NCBI RefSeq assembly: GCF_018977255.1
Contig: NW_024704746.1
Location: forward strand, 68,076,001-68,140,000
Direction of reading: 5' to 3'
DNA from: Callorhinchus milii
Taxonomy: Eukaryota
Length of the DNA: 64,000 nucleotides
Made by a program: the position numbers and the translations under genes. Within the stretch, counting starts at the first letter, position 1, and each line of letters starts with the position of its first letter. This document shows positions 20,901-31,460 of the stretch, one piece after another. The notes beneath the pieces were generated by a model. It saw only the letters and a list, made by a program, of their open reading frames with translations, was not told where the DNA came from and ran no database searches.

Positions 20901-23065
20901 CTGGATATCGCTGCCTTGTGTTACAGTCTCCGTCATTCTCAGGTGGAAAAAATGGACTTAAGACTTTGTGACTTGAAGGATCAAGGCATAAGGCAACTTG
21001 AGGAAGTAATTGCCAAGTGCAAATCTGTCTCGTAAGTAACGCTGTTAAATGCTTCACGGGTGATGGGACAGTTCTCTCTGTGTTTCCATTGCAACATCAG
21101 TGTGACATATTGCATAGTCATTAGATTAGAATGAAGAACATGCTCACTGTCATACTAGAAAGATTTTATCACCCCAGATCAGGCTGCGCTATCAGCCTCT
21201 ACGTCCTGACACTCTGGAACACTCTCCCTCTGTCCCTCCGCCTTGCCCCTTCCTTCCCTATCTTCAGGTCCTGCCTGAAGACCTTTCTCCTTGACCGTGC
21301 TCTGGGACGAGACCTGCGTGAGGGGCGCTGTTGTTGTTGGTGGTGGTGTTTGCTCAGCCAATTTGTGAATAAGCTCTTCGAGAGGACAAGTTCAGGACAG
21401 ACAGCAAAAAGGAATCTGTGGGTAAACAACAGTTGGAATGTGTTACCAAAAATCGTTGGGCCACAGAATCATTTAAGAATCAGTTTGATGGTGTAAATGG
21501 GAGGATCAGTATTCGCTAATCGCTTGAGATCCTGTGATTTAAAATGGTAATTTAATCCACACTCAAGTGTTTCTAATCTCCATTTTACAGAATAAGTTCT
21601 AACAAACTGACTGAAGAGTCAGCCAGGATAATCAGCAACATTCTTCAAGAACCAAGTTGTGCACTTGAAAGGCTATCGTAAGTTCCTAAATACTTTTCGC
21701 AATACGTCTATGAAATACGAAGGGAAAATTCCAAAAGATGCCAATCTTTTAAAAAGGGATGCTACGACTTGCCTCTTTGATTATGATTATTTTTCCTCAA
21801 CCCCGACACCCTTTTCAGCTCCCCTGCTCGGATGCCTAACTCGCTGTGTAAAGTGCTTTGAGACGTCCTCCTGACGTGAAAGACACTATAAGTGTAAATT
21901 GTATTGTATCATCACTGTTGTGTGTCTGTTCATTCGCTCTTTGTAGAATTGGAACAAATCACCTTCAATCCAGCGGGGCTCAGATGATATGGAAAGCCCT
22001 TGAGAAAAACCAGAGACTCAAGCGCCTTTATTTGTATGATAACGGGATTACAGATAAAGGAACAGAGATAATGCCTGAATGTCTGAAACACAACAAGACC
22101 CTTGAAGTCCTACAGTAAGTCTACAATCAATTTTCTAAACGTCAGTGAAACCCCAGCTATAATTACAAGCGAGTCAGCCTGACTCAGTTGATAGCACTTT
22201 CGCCTCTGAGTCAAAGCTTTTGGGTTCAAGCCCCATGTTATAAGATGACACTCCAATGCAATGTCGCATTGTTGGGTAAGATGTTAAACCGAGGTCCGTC
22301 TACCTGCTCTGGTGGATGTTAAAGGTCCCGTTGGGCTATTCGAAAAGAGAAAAGGAGTTTCTCCCGGTGTCATGGCATACAATCCCCCAAATAAAATAGA
22401 TCACTCACTGCTTGGCTGTGGGTGGGAGATTGGTAGGCACAATTGGGCTGCTGTATTTGCCTACAATACAGTCACTCCACTTTACAGTATATCCTCTGAA
22501 GCACTTGGGATGTCATCCCGATATGAAAGGCACTATACTAAATTATTATTTTAATATTAGGAATTATTATTTTATCATTAGCAATCATCGAGCAATGTTA
22601 ATTAGACCTCTAATTTTCATACTTTGTCTGTCACAAACAGTAAAGATAGCAAATACACTTCAGTATCCACACCTTATATTGGAGCTAAGGTGACCGTTGA
22701 CTTTTCATTTCCCAAGCCTGTCTCTTAATGTCTTTCTCAGTTTATGTGGGAACACTTTCAGTGATTGCGGCCAGAGAAATATCCAGCGAGTTAAAGAGCT
22801 TCGAGCTGATCTGAAGATCGTTGTGAAGATTGCAGATGATGAAGAACTTGTCGATCGGGTTGAAAACGAAGTCACCCAGCTGATCTCTGACTTTGGGCAG
22901 TACGACCGGGAATGGCTGACAAATATTCTGCGAACAATCTTGAGAGATCTTGGAGATGAGATCTCCATAACCAATACCAGAACAGAGACAAAGATTGGTA
23001 ACATAAAACAAGGGATTCAGATAGTGCAACGCAAGCTTAAATGGGATGCCATAGCCGAATTATAA
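11945..23065 (+). CDS. Copy A: predicted 8-exon gene, signal peptide-IgV-TM-NACHT-LRR receptor (980 aa); join(11945..11996,13806..14153,15994..16176,17967..17999,19285..21031,21591..21677,21947..22114,22741..23065)
   Basis: All introns GT-AG with pyrimidine tracts; intron phases 1,1,1,1,2,2,2 are mutually compatible; total 2943 nt is divisible by 3 with a single terminal TAA; domain order fits a type I membrane protein. Confidence 0.75.
12200..13275 (+). mobile_element. Intronic CR1 3' fragment (~12200-12835) followed by L2 3' fragment (~12840-13275)
   Basis: CR1-type 3' end gggccaaatggcctgtttc; L2 ttcaagatcctggtcctcactttcaaagccctcc and tail ...cccgacatgaaaggcgctatacaaatg..(TTG)n. Confidence 0.75.
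13806..14153 (+). CDS. Copy A exon: B7/butyrophilin-type Ig V-set domain
   Basis: LLPC...INWQ...VVHSFY...QKFRGRTQLF...GNASLQLRRLTLSDNGNYTCYV; canonical Cys/Trp/Cys and D-x-G-x-Y-x-C; 348-nt phase 1-1 exon (tttag|gt ... g|gtaggt). Confidence 0.92.
15361..15492 (+). repeat. 28-bp minisatellite (GCACATCTGCACATGTCAACAGCACAGT x ~4.7) in the IgV-TM intron; B copy ~45975-46106
   Basis: Visible tandem units. Confidence 0.92.
15994..16176 (+). CDS. Copy A exon: acidic stalk, transmembrane helix and basic stop-transfer segment
   Basis: DTDTSQVTEDNNLEDQ...LGTAAVFFVIVGIGIGIGI-K-IAI-RKSIMKKQRH; acceptor ctcccag|, donor a|gtaagt; phase 1-1. Confidence 0.85.
16230..17160. mobile_element. Intronic cluster: L2 3' end (+, ~16230-16500), SINE tail (-, ~16605-16675), CR1 fragment (-, ~16690-17160)
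   Basis: Recognisable L2 and SINE tails; CR1-like minus-strand peptides (FGKVNRKRLF, EFRKKLF). Confidence 0.7.
17967..17999 (+). CDS. Copy A 33-nt micro-exon (R)AALIRYPNMA
   Basis: Strong acceptor tgtattttgtttttccag|, donor cag|gtaata; phase 1-1, frame-preserving; exon sequence identical in copy B. Confidence 0.6.
18943..19144. repeat. ~200 bp imperfect palindrome (Penelope-like/MITE-type repeat) ~140 bp upstream of the NACHT exon; B copy ~49527-49728
   Basis: Arms AATAAAAACTGAAGTCGCTGGGAACTCAGCAGGTCAG... / ...CTGACCTGCTGAGTTCCCAGCGACTTCAGTTTTTATT around a short loop at ~19042-19045. Confidence 0.85.
19285..21031 (+). CDS. Copy A exon: NACHT domain, winged helix/HD2 and first LRRs (NLRC3/NLRP-like)
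   Basis: Walker A GDAGVGKS, Walker B LITLDGLDEF, sensor ILVTSR, CNPL, FEFYHAMIMEQVAAWY; acceptor tttcttttcag| (phase 1), donor tc|gtaagt (phase 2). Confidence 0.93.
21591..21677 (+). CDS. Copy A LRR exon (87 nt)
   Basis: ISSNKLTEESARIISNILQEPSCALERL; cattttacag| and tc|gtaagt; phase 2-2; size typical of ribonuclease-inhibitor-like LRR exons of NLRs. Confidence 0.85.
21947..22114 (+). CDS. Copy A double-LRR exon (168 nt)
   Basis: IGTNHLQSSGAQMIWKALEKNQRLKRLYLYDNGITDKGTEIMPECLKHNKTLEVL; 2 x 84 nt, phase 2-2, ctttgtag| and ca|gtaagt. Confidence 0.88.
22170..22560 (+). mobile_element. Old Deu-domain-type SINE in the last intron; related copy ~31720-32220
   Basis: tRNA-like head, taaaccgaggtccgtctacctgctctggtggatgttaaagg..tttctcccggtgtc central block, L2-type tail; family assignment is from recall of DeuSINEs. 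Confidence 0.6.
22741..23065 (+). CDS. Copy A terminal exon: last LRR/cap plus helical C-terminal extension
   Basis: tctttctcag|t LCGNTFSDCGQRNIQRVKEL...KLKWDAIAEL-TAA; phase-2 acceptor in frame with the previous exon. Confidence 0.82.
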
Positions 23066-23105
23066 TCCACTCTCCCTCAATTCCTCTGCCTTGCCCTACT
23101 TGACA

Positions 23106-23447
23106 TAATAATAATAATAATAATAGTAATAATAATAATAATCCTTGCATTTGATATAGCGCTTTTCATGTCAGGAAGACGTCCCAAAGCGCTTCACAGA
23201 ACACACTGTAAAGTGAATTGACTGTATATTTGTGGGCGAACGCGGCAGCCAATTGCACACAGCAATGTCCCACAAACAGTCGTAGATTGAAAATGACCAA
23301 TTTATTATTGTTTTTGGTTTTGGAGGATTATTATTAGGCTCTGTGTGGAGTAAGGAAACTTGCCCAAGGTTTCGCCCTCTGCCTGGAATTGAACTCAGGT
23401 CTCTCACTTGCAAAGCGAGTGGTCTAACAACTGAGCTACAGGACTCC
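23106..23447 (-). mobile_element. Full-length young SINE, antisense, ~40 bp after the stop codon; B copy ~53688-54028
   Basis: (ATA)n tail through to the reverse-complement head ...gagctacaggactcc. Confidence 0.9.
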
Positions 23448-23449
23448 TC

Positions 23450-23900
23450 TCCATGTCCTCTGGTACTGTTCCCACCCCATTAAAAACCGCTGTCATCACT
23501 CCTATCCTTAAAAAACCCTCCCTGGACCCTTCTCCACTCCCTAACTACTGCCCCAACTCCAACCTCCCCTTCCTCTCCAAGGTCCTGGAACGAGTTGTTG
23601 CTTTTCAGCTACGTTCGTTCCCACACTGCCACTCCCTTCTCGAACCCCTCCAATCGGGTTTCCGTGCCGCCCACAGCACAGAAACAGAGTGACAAATGCC
23701 ATTCTGTCCATCTGTGACCAGGGCTCCCTCTGCTCCTCGCCCTCCTTGACCTCGCTGCTGCTTTCGACTCCGCGGAATGGCTCCCCTGTTAAAAGCCCCA
23801 CTCAACGCTATTTGGCAGTCCCTCCGCCTCGCCCCCTCCCTCGCCTCCGTCAAGACCCATCTCGAGACCCTCCACTTCGACCGCCCCCTCGGTCACCCTC
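23450..23900 (+). mobile_element. L2 RT N-terminal fragment joined to an L2 3' end
   Basis: LKTAVITPILKKPSLDP..NY.P.SNLPFLSKVLERVV..QSGFRAAHSTET. Confidence 0.85.
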
Positions 23901-24699
23901 CTTTCCCCCCTCACCTGGCCTGCGAGAGACCTGGGTTTGATTCCCGGCCGGTCAGGTCAGGTCAGGGCCAAACCGTGGGCGAGTTTCCTTACTCCACACT
24001 CCTGATAATAAAATCCCTCAAGAAAATAAAACAATCATAAAATTGGTCACTTCAATCCACGACCGTTTGTGAGACGCTGCTGTGCGCAATTGACTGCCGC
24101 GTTTCGCCCGCAAACATCCAGTCAATTCACTATCAAAACACTATATCAAATGCAGGGATTATTATTTATCATTTTGATTATTGACTCTTTACCCCCCCCC
24201 TCCCCAATGGATATTGCAGACACTTGGGGATTGGCTTTTTATTTGATTTGCAGTGTTTCAGAAGCTGTCAGCTTCACTGATATTATGCAGAGGGAGATTT
24301 CATTCAATCATATTCAGTACTTAAATCGTGATCTAAATCGTGTCAGATACCCGGCTGAACAGCAGAAAGGACAGAAGTAATACACTCCGAGACTTTTGCC
24401 AACTAAACCTAAACATGTTTATTTGTAGTTCACAACAATTCAAAAATTACAGACAGAAATAAAGTCTGTGCGCAAATTCCGCACCTTAGGAGAATCAAAA
24501 GGAGACTTACGACAGTGAGCCCTGAATTAATTCACTTCACAGTCTATTCTAGAAGACATGATAAGACACTCTATCGAAAACAAGGATTATTAGTATTATT
24601 ATTATCTGAAGTAATAAACAAAAATTACAATACAATTTATATAATGCAATTTACATAAATAAAGTGCTTTTAACCCAAGGTGCAGGAAGGTGGTTGGCC

Positions 24700-25500
24700 A
24701 TCTTTGTTTGGGGGTTCAGTTTAGAAGCTGCTTATTTCTAGAACTCATTGCATATAAAAGTTCAAGCCTCACAGCCTCACAGGCCTTCGCTTCAACAGAT
24801 GCTGCAAGAATTAGAATCATTCTGTTCCTTTCTTGTGTGGGCCGGACATGGACGAGCCACTGGTGGAAGAGAAGAGTTTCCTTGGAAGCAGATCAGCTTC
24901 TCTTGTAAAAGAGTCTGAAAAGGAAAGTCAATCATATGTCTACAGCTTAATTTTTGGGGAGTCATCCGGGTATCTGATGCATGCAGAAACCCATCACCAT
25001 GTTTAAGAGTCTCCAAACCAAACTGAGAATTCCATGCAGCCCATCTACACATGGAAATCCCAGAGATGTTTACTGGAATGGAATGCACTCTATCTATCTC
25101 TCTTTCCCGAAAGGGAAGCATCTTGCTTACCCAACTCTGGAGAGTATTCGGTGCAGGGTGGCAAGAGCAAACTTTGGGGACCCAGACTGTTGGGGTAATG
25201 GTTGGTGTCTAACCAGCTGAAGCTACGGAGCTTGCCATTGAAAGCATTGTCTTGTCCAGCTAAGACCACACTAGCTTTTAGGGCTTTGTCTGCAGGGTTA
25301 ATGGGAGCTGAGGGGGAGGATTCCCTGTCCCCAGTGACGGGTCTGCCCTTCCAAGACCTGCCAATGAGCCAAACTGGGCTGTGCTGTCATCAGCAGTGCC
25401 AGAGTACTGCGGACACTCCTGGCTCAGGAGCCGACTGGAGCCAGCACCAGAGCTGTTTCTTAAATGTGTCCCAGAGTCTTGACCTCAATCCGCCCCAGAC
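24700..25500. repeat. Unclassified low-copy repeat, 3 diverged copies per block (24700-25500; 28930-30060 split by a SINE; 32725-33550 split by an L2)
   Basis: Shared blocks such as GCATGCAGAAACCCATCAC, GAGTCTCCAAACCAA, CATTGAAAGCA.TGT. Confidence 0.75.
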
Positions 25501-25519
25501 ATTAATTCCGTTCATTAAC

Positions 25520-26045
25520 AACATAACAACAAAATTACATTTATAGAGCGCCTTTCACTTTGGGAGAATGTCCCAAAGTGCTGAACAGTCAGGTGTCAGG
25601 GACTCAGCATGGGGGAGGTCTGGGGTAGGGGTGAGGGAAGGCAGAGAGGTGGGAGGGCGACCGAAGGCATGATGGAAGAGGAGAGTCTTGAGACCGGCGT
25701 TGAAGGAGGCAAAGGAGGAAGCGAGGCAAAGGGACTGTGGGATGGAGTTCGAGAGTGTGGGGACAGAGAGGCTGAACGCTCAGCCACTGATGGTAGGGCG
25801 GGTCAGGCGAGAGACATGGAGCAGACGGGAGCCCGAAGAACGGAGGGATTGGGCTGTTTGGTAGGGAATCAGCAGGTTAGAGAGGTAGGAGGGGGCAAGG
25901 CCATGGATGGCCTTTAAAGTGAGGACGAGGATCTTAAACTCGATGGAGAGCCACGGGAGTCAGGCGAGGGTGGGAGTGATGGGGTCACGGAGCCTGGTGC
26001 GCGAGAGTAGATGAGCTGCAGAGTTTCGGATGATCTGCAGCTGGT
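25520..26045 (-). mobile_element. L2 3' fragment; only the first ~60 bp are retained in copy B
   Basis: (AAC)n tail, gagcgcctttcac, gaggacgaggatcttaaactc. Confidence 0.8.
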
Positions 26046-27426
26046 GAAGGTAAGGAAATACCTGGTGATGACACTAAAATTGCCCTTCACACTGTGGCAT
26101 AAATAATTAAAAATAATAATAATTTGGTCACTCAGTCCGCGGCTGTCTGTGGGGACGCTGCTGTGCAATTGGCTTCTGAGTTTCGCCCATAAAATATACA
26201 GTGAATTCGCTTTACAATGTATCCTGTGAAGCGCTTTGAGACGTCTCGAAGATGTGATGAGGCGCTATATCAAATGCAAGGATTATTATTATTAAGGACG
26301 ACACCTGTGAATATGAAACACTCCTCCCACTCATCACTCACCAGAGTGTAGTACTTTCCTGACGTGAAAGGCGCTATACAAATGTAATTTGTTGTTTGCA
26401 TTCGTCTGGACCGTGAGCTTAAAACACTGTGGGGTTTGAACCCACATCCTTCTGACCCATTGGCTTCGACTGTGTGATTCCAAGTCCTGATGTGGGGGCT
26501 TGAACCCACAACCTTCTGATTCAAGAGGCGAGAGAGAAAGAGAGCGAGAGAGAGAACGCGAGAGAGAGAGCGAGAGAGAGAGCTACCACGGCACCAGACT
26601 GACACACAATCAGAAATCGAACCCAAAACATCTTGAGTTGACCCGCAATCACTCAGTTTTACCTCAGACCGTGTCTTCTGACAATGATCTCAAATTACCC
26701 CAAATTATTAATCACTTATTGATCAGCAAAACATTTTTTTAAATTCAAACTGCACTTGAAGCGACAAAATGCTAAAACGAGTGTGCCTTACCCATCAGCT
26801 CACGTCTGCTGCTCAACACCCAGAAGCTCTAAAGGAAATAACGCCAAGATTGAGCATAGAGTACTATGTGGGCGTGTTCTGTCTGGGATTCCCCGACTTT
26901 ATACTATGACTGTATACTGTGTTCTTTGTGGCATCACATTAGGAATCCCAAGAAATCGCATGTGCACAAGATGAAGAGTTGGTTGTAAGTCGACTGACTA
27001 TATTTTGTGGGCAAAATACAGCAGCCAAAGGAACATAGGAAGAGGAGGAGGCCATTCAGCCGTTCGAGCCTGTTTGACCATTTAATTAGATCATGGCTGA
27101 TCTATACCTCAACTCATCCTTTCAATTCCAATTTCCTGCTTTCCCCCCCTATCCCTTAATACCCCGACCTACCAACAATCTATCAACCTCACTGGTGATG
27201 TGGACAAGGTTCACCGGTGTGACCTGTATTTGGTTGTGAATGTGGCATTGACTTTGAAGGTTTTAGTTTCACATTTAGAAGTAAACATCATCAGGGAAAT
27301 TTTTTTATGTCTGGTAAGTCCGACGAAAATGAAGTACTTTGCCAAACACTTCATCGCTCCCTCCATCCCTCCCCAACCCCATCCCTTATATTCTTTTAGT
27401 GTTACACAGCTGGAAGTATTATTAGT

Positions 27427-27790
27427 GGAGTCCTGGAGCTCAGTGGGTAGAGAACTCAAATTAAATGAGAGGACCGGAGTTCGATTCCTGGGCAGGGCGA
27501 AACATTGGGCAAGTTTCCTTACTCTGTTTACCAGCAGTAGGTAGGAACCCGGTTGTTAGTCGATTGGTGGATTGCTTTTCCGGGGGTAATAACCCCTTCA
27601 AAAACAGTAATAATAATTTGACCGTATATCACTCAATCCACGACTGTTTGTGGGTCACTGCTGTGCGCAATTGGCTGCCGCGTTTCACAAAGTATAGCCA
27701 GCTCACTTTACTGTATATTCTGTGAAGCGCTTTGAGACGTCGCGAAGATGTGATGAGGCGCAATATCAAATGCAAAGATTATTATTATAC
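27427..27790 (+). mobile_element. Diverged full-length SINE (copy A only)
   Basis: ggagtcctggagctcagtgggtagag...gagttcgattcc head and (ATT)n tail. Confidence 0.8.
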
Positions 27791-29521
27791 TATTAAATAT
27801 TCTCAGCTTTGCCCCACATCATTCTACTGCATTAGGCTTCCTGGCTTTCCTTCCAGCCATTGACTCACTTCTCTCTCAGCTCCTGAATCCTTTTGGTCAT
27901 TGCTAAAAATCAAACTCATTGTTATTATAACAATTCAAGACCCATCTCAAGACCCTCCTCTTCGACTGTGCCTTCAGTCACCCTCCTTCCCCTCACGCCA
28001 CCCCACGCCCTCTACCCTCCTCGATCCCAAACCCCAGTTCGGGACTCGCCTCGCAAGCGAGCGAGCGACCCGGGTTCGATTCTGGGCAGGTCAAAACCTT
28101 GGGCAAGTTTCCTCACTCCTGATAATAATCCCTCAAGAAAAAAACAATCATAAAATTGGTCACTTCAATCCACGACTGTTTGTGAGACTCTGCTGTACAC
28201 AATTGACTGCCGCGTTTCGCCCACAAACATACAGTTAATTGACTATCAAAACACTATATCAAATGCAAGGATTATTATTTATTATTTTTATTATTGACTC
28301 TTTACCCCCCCCTCCCCGATGGTCACAGAGAATATTGCAGACACTCGGACATTGGCTTTTTATCTGATTTGCAGTGTTTCAGAAGCCTGATGTGATGCAG
28401 AGGGAGATTTCATTCAATCATATTCAGTACTTAAATGGTGATCTAAATCGTGTCAGATACCCGGCTGAACAGCAGAAAAGACAGAAGTAATACATTCTGA
28501 GGCTTTTGCCAACTAAACCTAAACATGTTTATTTGTAGGTCACAACAATTAAAAAATTACAGAGAGAAATAGTCTGTGCACAAATTCCGCACCTTAGGAG
28601 AATCAAAAGGAGACTCACAACAGTGAGCCTGGAATTAATTCACTTTACAGTATATTCTGTGAAGGGCTTTGAGACGTCTAGAATCAAATACAAGGATTAT
28701 TAGTATTATTATTATCTGAAGTTAATAAAGAAATATTACAATACAATTTATACAATGCAATTTAATAATAATAATCCTTGCATTTGATATAGCACTATTC
28801 ACGTTTTCTCGACGTCTCAAAGCGCTTCATAGAATAGACTGTAAAGTAAATTGACCGTATATTTGTGGGCGAAATTTATATTACTAAAGTGCCTTTAACC
28901 CAAAGTTCCTTTCTAAGGTTGGTCATCTTCATTTGGGAGTTCAGTTTAGAAGCTGTTTATTTCTAGAACTCGTTGCATATAGTTCACGCTTCACAGGCCT
29001 TCGGTCAACAGATGCTGCACCAATTAGAATCTGGTGGACGAGCCGCTGGTGGACGAGCCGCTGGTGGACGAGCCGCTGGTGGAAGAGAAGAGGTTCCTTG
29101 GAAGCAGATCAGCTTCTCTTGTAAAAGAGTCTGTAAAGGAAAGTCAATCATATGTCTACAGCTTAATTTTTTGGGTGTTATCCGGGTATCTGACGCATGC
29201 AGAAACCCATCACCATGTTTAAGAGTCTCCAAAGCAAACTGAGAATTCCATGCAGCCCATCTACACATGGAAATCCCAGAGATGCTTTTTGGAATAGAAT
29301 GCACTCTCTCTATCTATCTCTCTATCTCTCTTTCTCTGGAGGGAAGCATCTTGCTTACCCAACTCTGGAGAGTATTCGGTGCACGTTGGCAAGAACAAAG
29401 TTTGGGGACCCAGAGTTGTGGTAACGGTTGGTGTCTCACCAGCTAAAGCTACGTAGCTTGCCATTGAAAGCATTGTCTTGTCCAGCTCGGACCACCCTAT
29501 CCATTAGGGCTTTGTAAGGTT

Positions 29522-29830
29522 GGAGTCCTGTAGCTCAGTGGTTAGAGCACTCGCTTTGCAAGCGAGAGACCTGAGTTCAATTCCAGGCTGAGGGCGAAAC
29601 CTCGGGCAAGTTTCCTTACTAATAATAATCCTCCAAAACCAAAAACAATAATAAATTGGTCATTTTCAATCCATGACTGTCTGTGGGACATTGCTGTGCG
29701 CAATTGGCTGCCGCATTTTCCCACAAATATACAGTCAATTCACTTTACAGTATATTCTGTGAAGCACTTTGGGACGTCCTCCCGACGTGAAAAGCGCTAT
29801 AACAAATGCGAGGATTATTATTATTTTATT
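29522..29830 (+). mobile_element. Full-length young SINE; B copy ~58731-59040
   Basis: Canonical head and tail. Confidence 0.9.
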
Positions 29831-30959
29831 ATTAACAGGAGCTGAGGGGAAGGAACCTCTGCCCCCAGTGACGGGTCTGCCCCTCCAAGTCCTACTGATG
29901 AGCCAGACTGGGCTGTGCTGTCACCAGTGCCAGAGTACTGCGGACACTCCTGGCTCAGGAGCCGACTGGAGCCAGCCCCAGAGCTGTTTCTTAAATGTGT
30001 CCCAGAGTCTTGACCTCAACCACCTTTCATGATAATCCACCCCAGACATTAACTCCATTCAGGGTAAAGAAATACCTGGTGATGACACTAAAATTGCCCT
30101 TTACCCCCCTAAGCCTTTGTCCTCTGGTCCTGCTGCCTCAGTGTATCTGAAAATATTGTTTTGGGCTTACAATCTCTTTTAAAATAGTCTCTTATTTATT
30201 GGAGACATCTTGAAGATGTGATGAAGATGCTATATCAAATGCAAGTATTATTATTGCATACCTCTATATCAAGCAATCAAGAAATATTCAATCAAGAAAA
30301 TGTATTTTGTTGGTCGACCATAAAAGTTGTCAATCACTGCTCTCTGTGGTCCCCTCTGAGACACTTCTTTTCAACAGCTCTCATAAAAACAAAATTGTTA
30401 GTCATTCTTCAGAGCCCATTCCTCTAACAGACGGGATCATATTTGTTGCCAATCTCTGCACGACTTCCAGGGCCTATTTCCTCAGGTTAAGAGAGGTTGA
30501 ACTTGACCATCACACAAACCCAAAGGTTTCTCAATCACCCAATTCTATACATTACCAAATCTCCGTATTGCTGAATCTTCGAGCTCTTTGTGTGTTCCTT
30601 CATGTGTCTGAACTGTGCTTCAAGTGTTGTCTCAGAAAGATTGACCTACGAAAAACAGTAATGACAACTTGCATTTATATAGTGCTCCTCATGTGGGTAT
30701 AGTCCCAGAGCACTTATAACATACAGGACAGGAAAATACTGTTGTGGTCTGGTAGTCGAATACCATAGCATCGGAATGAAAAGTAATGCTTCTATGTACC
30801 AGGGAACAGAAAACTGTTCCCTTTCGAGCTTCTCATGCCTGTGTCAACCACAGTCTGGTTTAGATAAAGAGTAAAGATCCCACTACGCTGCCCTCTCCAG
30901 CATTCCCAGGTCACTCACAGCGTGAGATACACATAAAATTGCATTTACTCAACAATAAC

Positions 30960-31460
30960 CCAACAAATTGCATTTACACAGCACCTCCCACGTCAGGAGG
31001 ACTGCCCAAGGTGCTGGACAGTCAAGGGTTTGCACCCGAGCTGGGCATTGGAGTCAAGAGGGGTGGAAAGCAAGGAGGGTGACAGTGGGAGGATGGGCAA
31101 AGGCATGGTTAAAGAGGAAGGTCTTGAGACGGGCCTTGAAGGAGGCAAGTGGGGGTACGAGGTGAAGGGACTCCGGGATAGAGTTCCAGAGGGTGGGGGC
31201 AGTGAGGCTGAAGGTCTGACCTCTGATGGTGGCGTGGGCAGGACAGTGGACATGGAGCAGGCCAATGCTTTCCGAGTTACCAACTGGCAGGTTGGTAACA
31301 TTTTAGTAGGTGGCAGAGGTCAGGGATGAGCAAAACCGTGGAGGGCTTTAAAAGTGAGGACGAGGATCTTAAACTCAATCTTATACAAATGTAATTGTTG
31401 TTGTTGGTGGTTTCTGGGGGATGGGGAGTCAGTGAAGTCGGGCGAGGATGGGGGTTAGTG
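30960..31460 (-). mobile_element. L2 3' fragments; B copy ~60170-60670
   Basis: L2 tail and ggtcttgagacgggccttgaaggagg motif. Confidence 0.75.
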
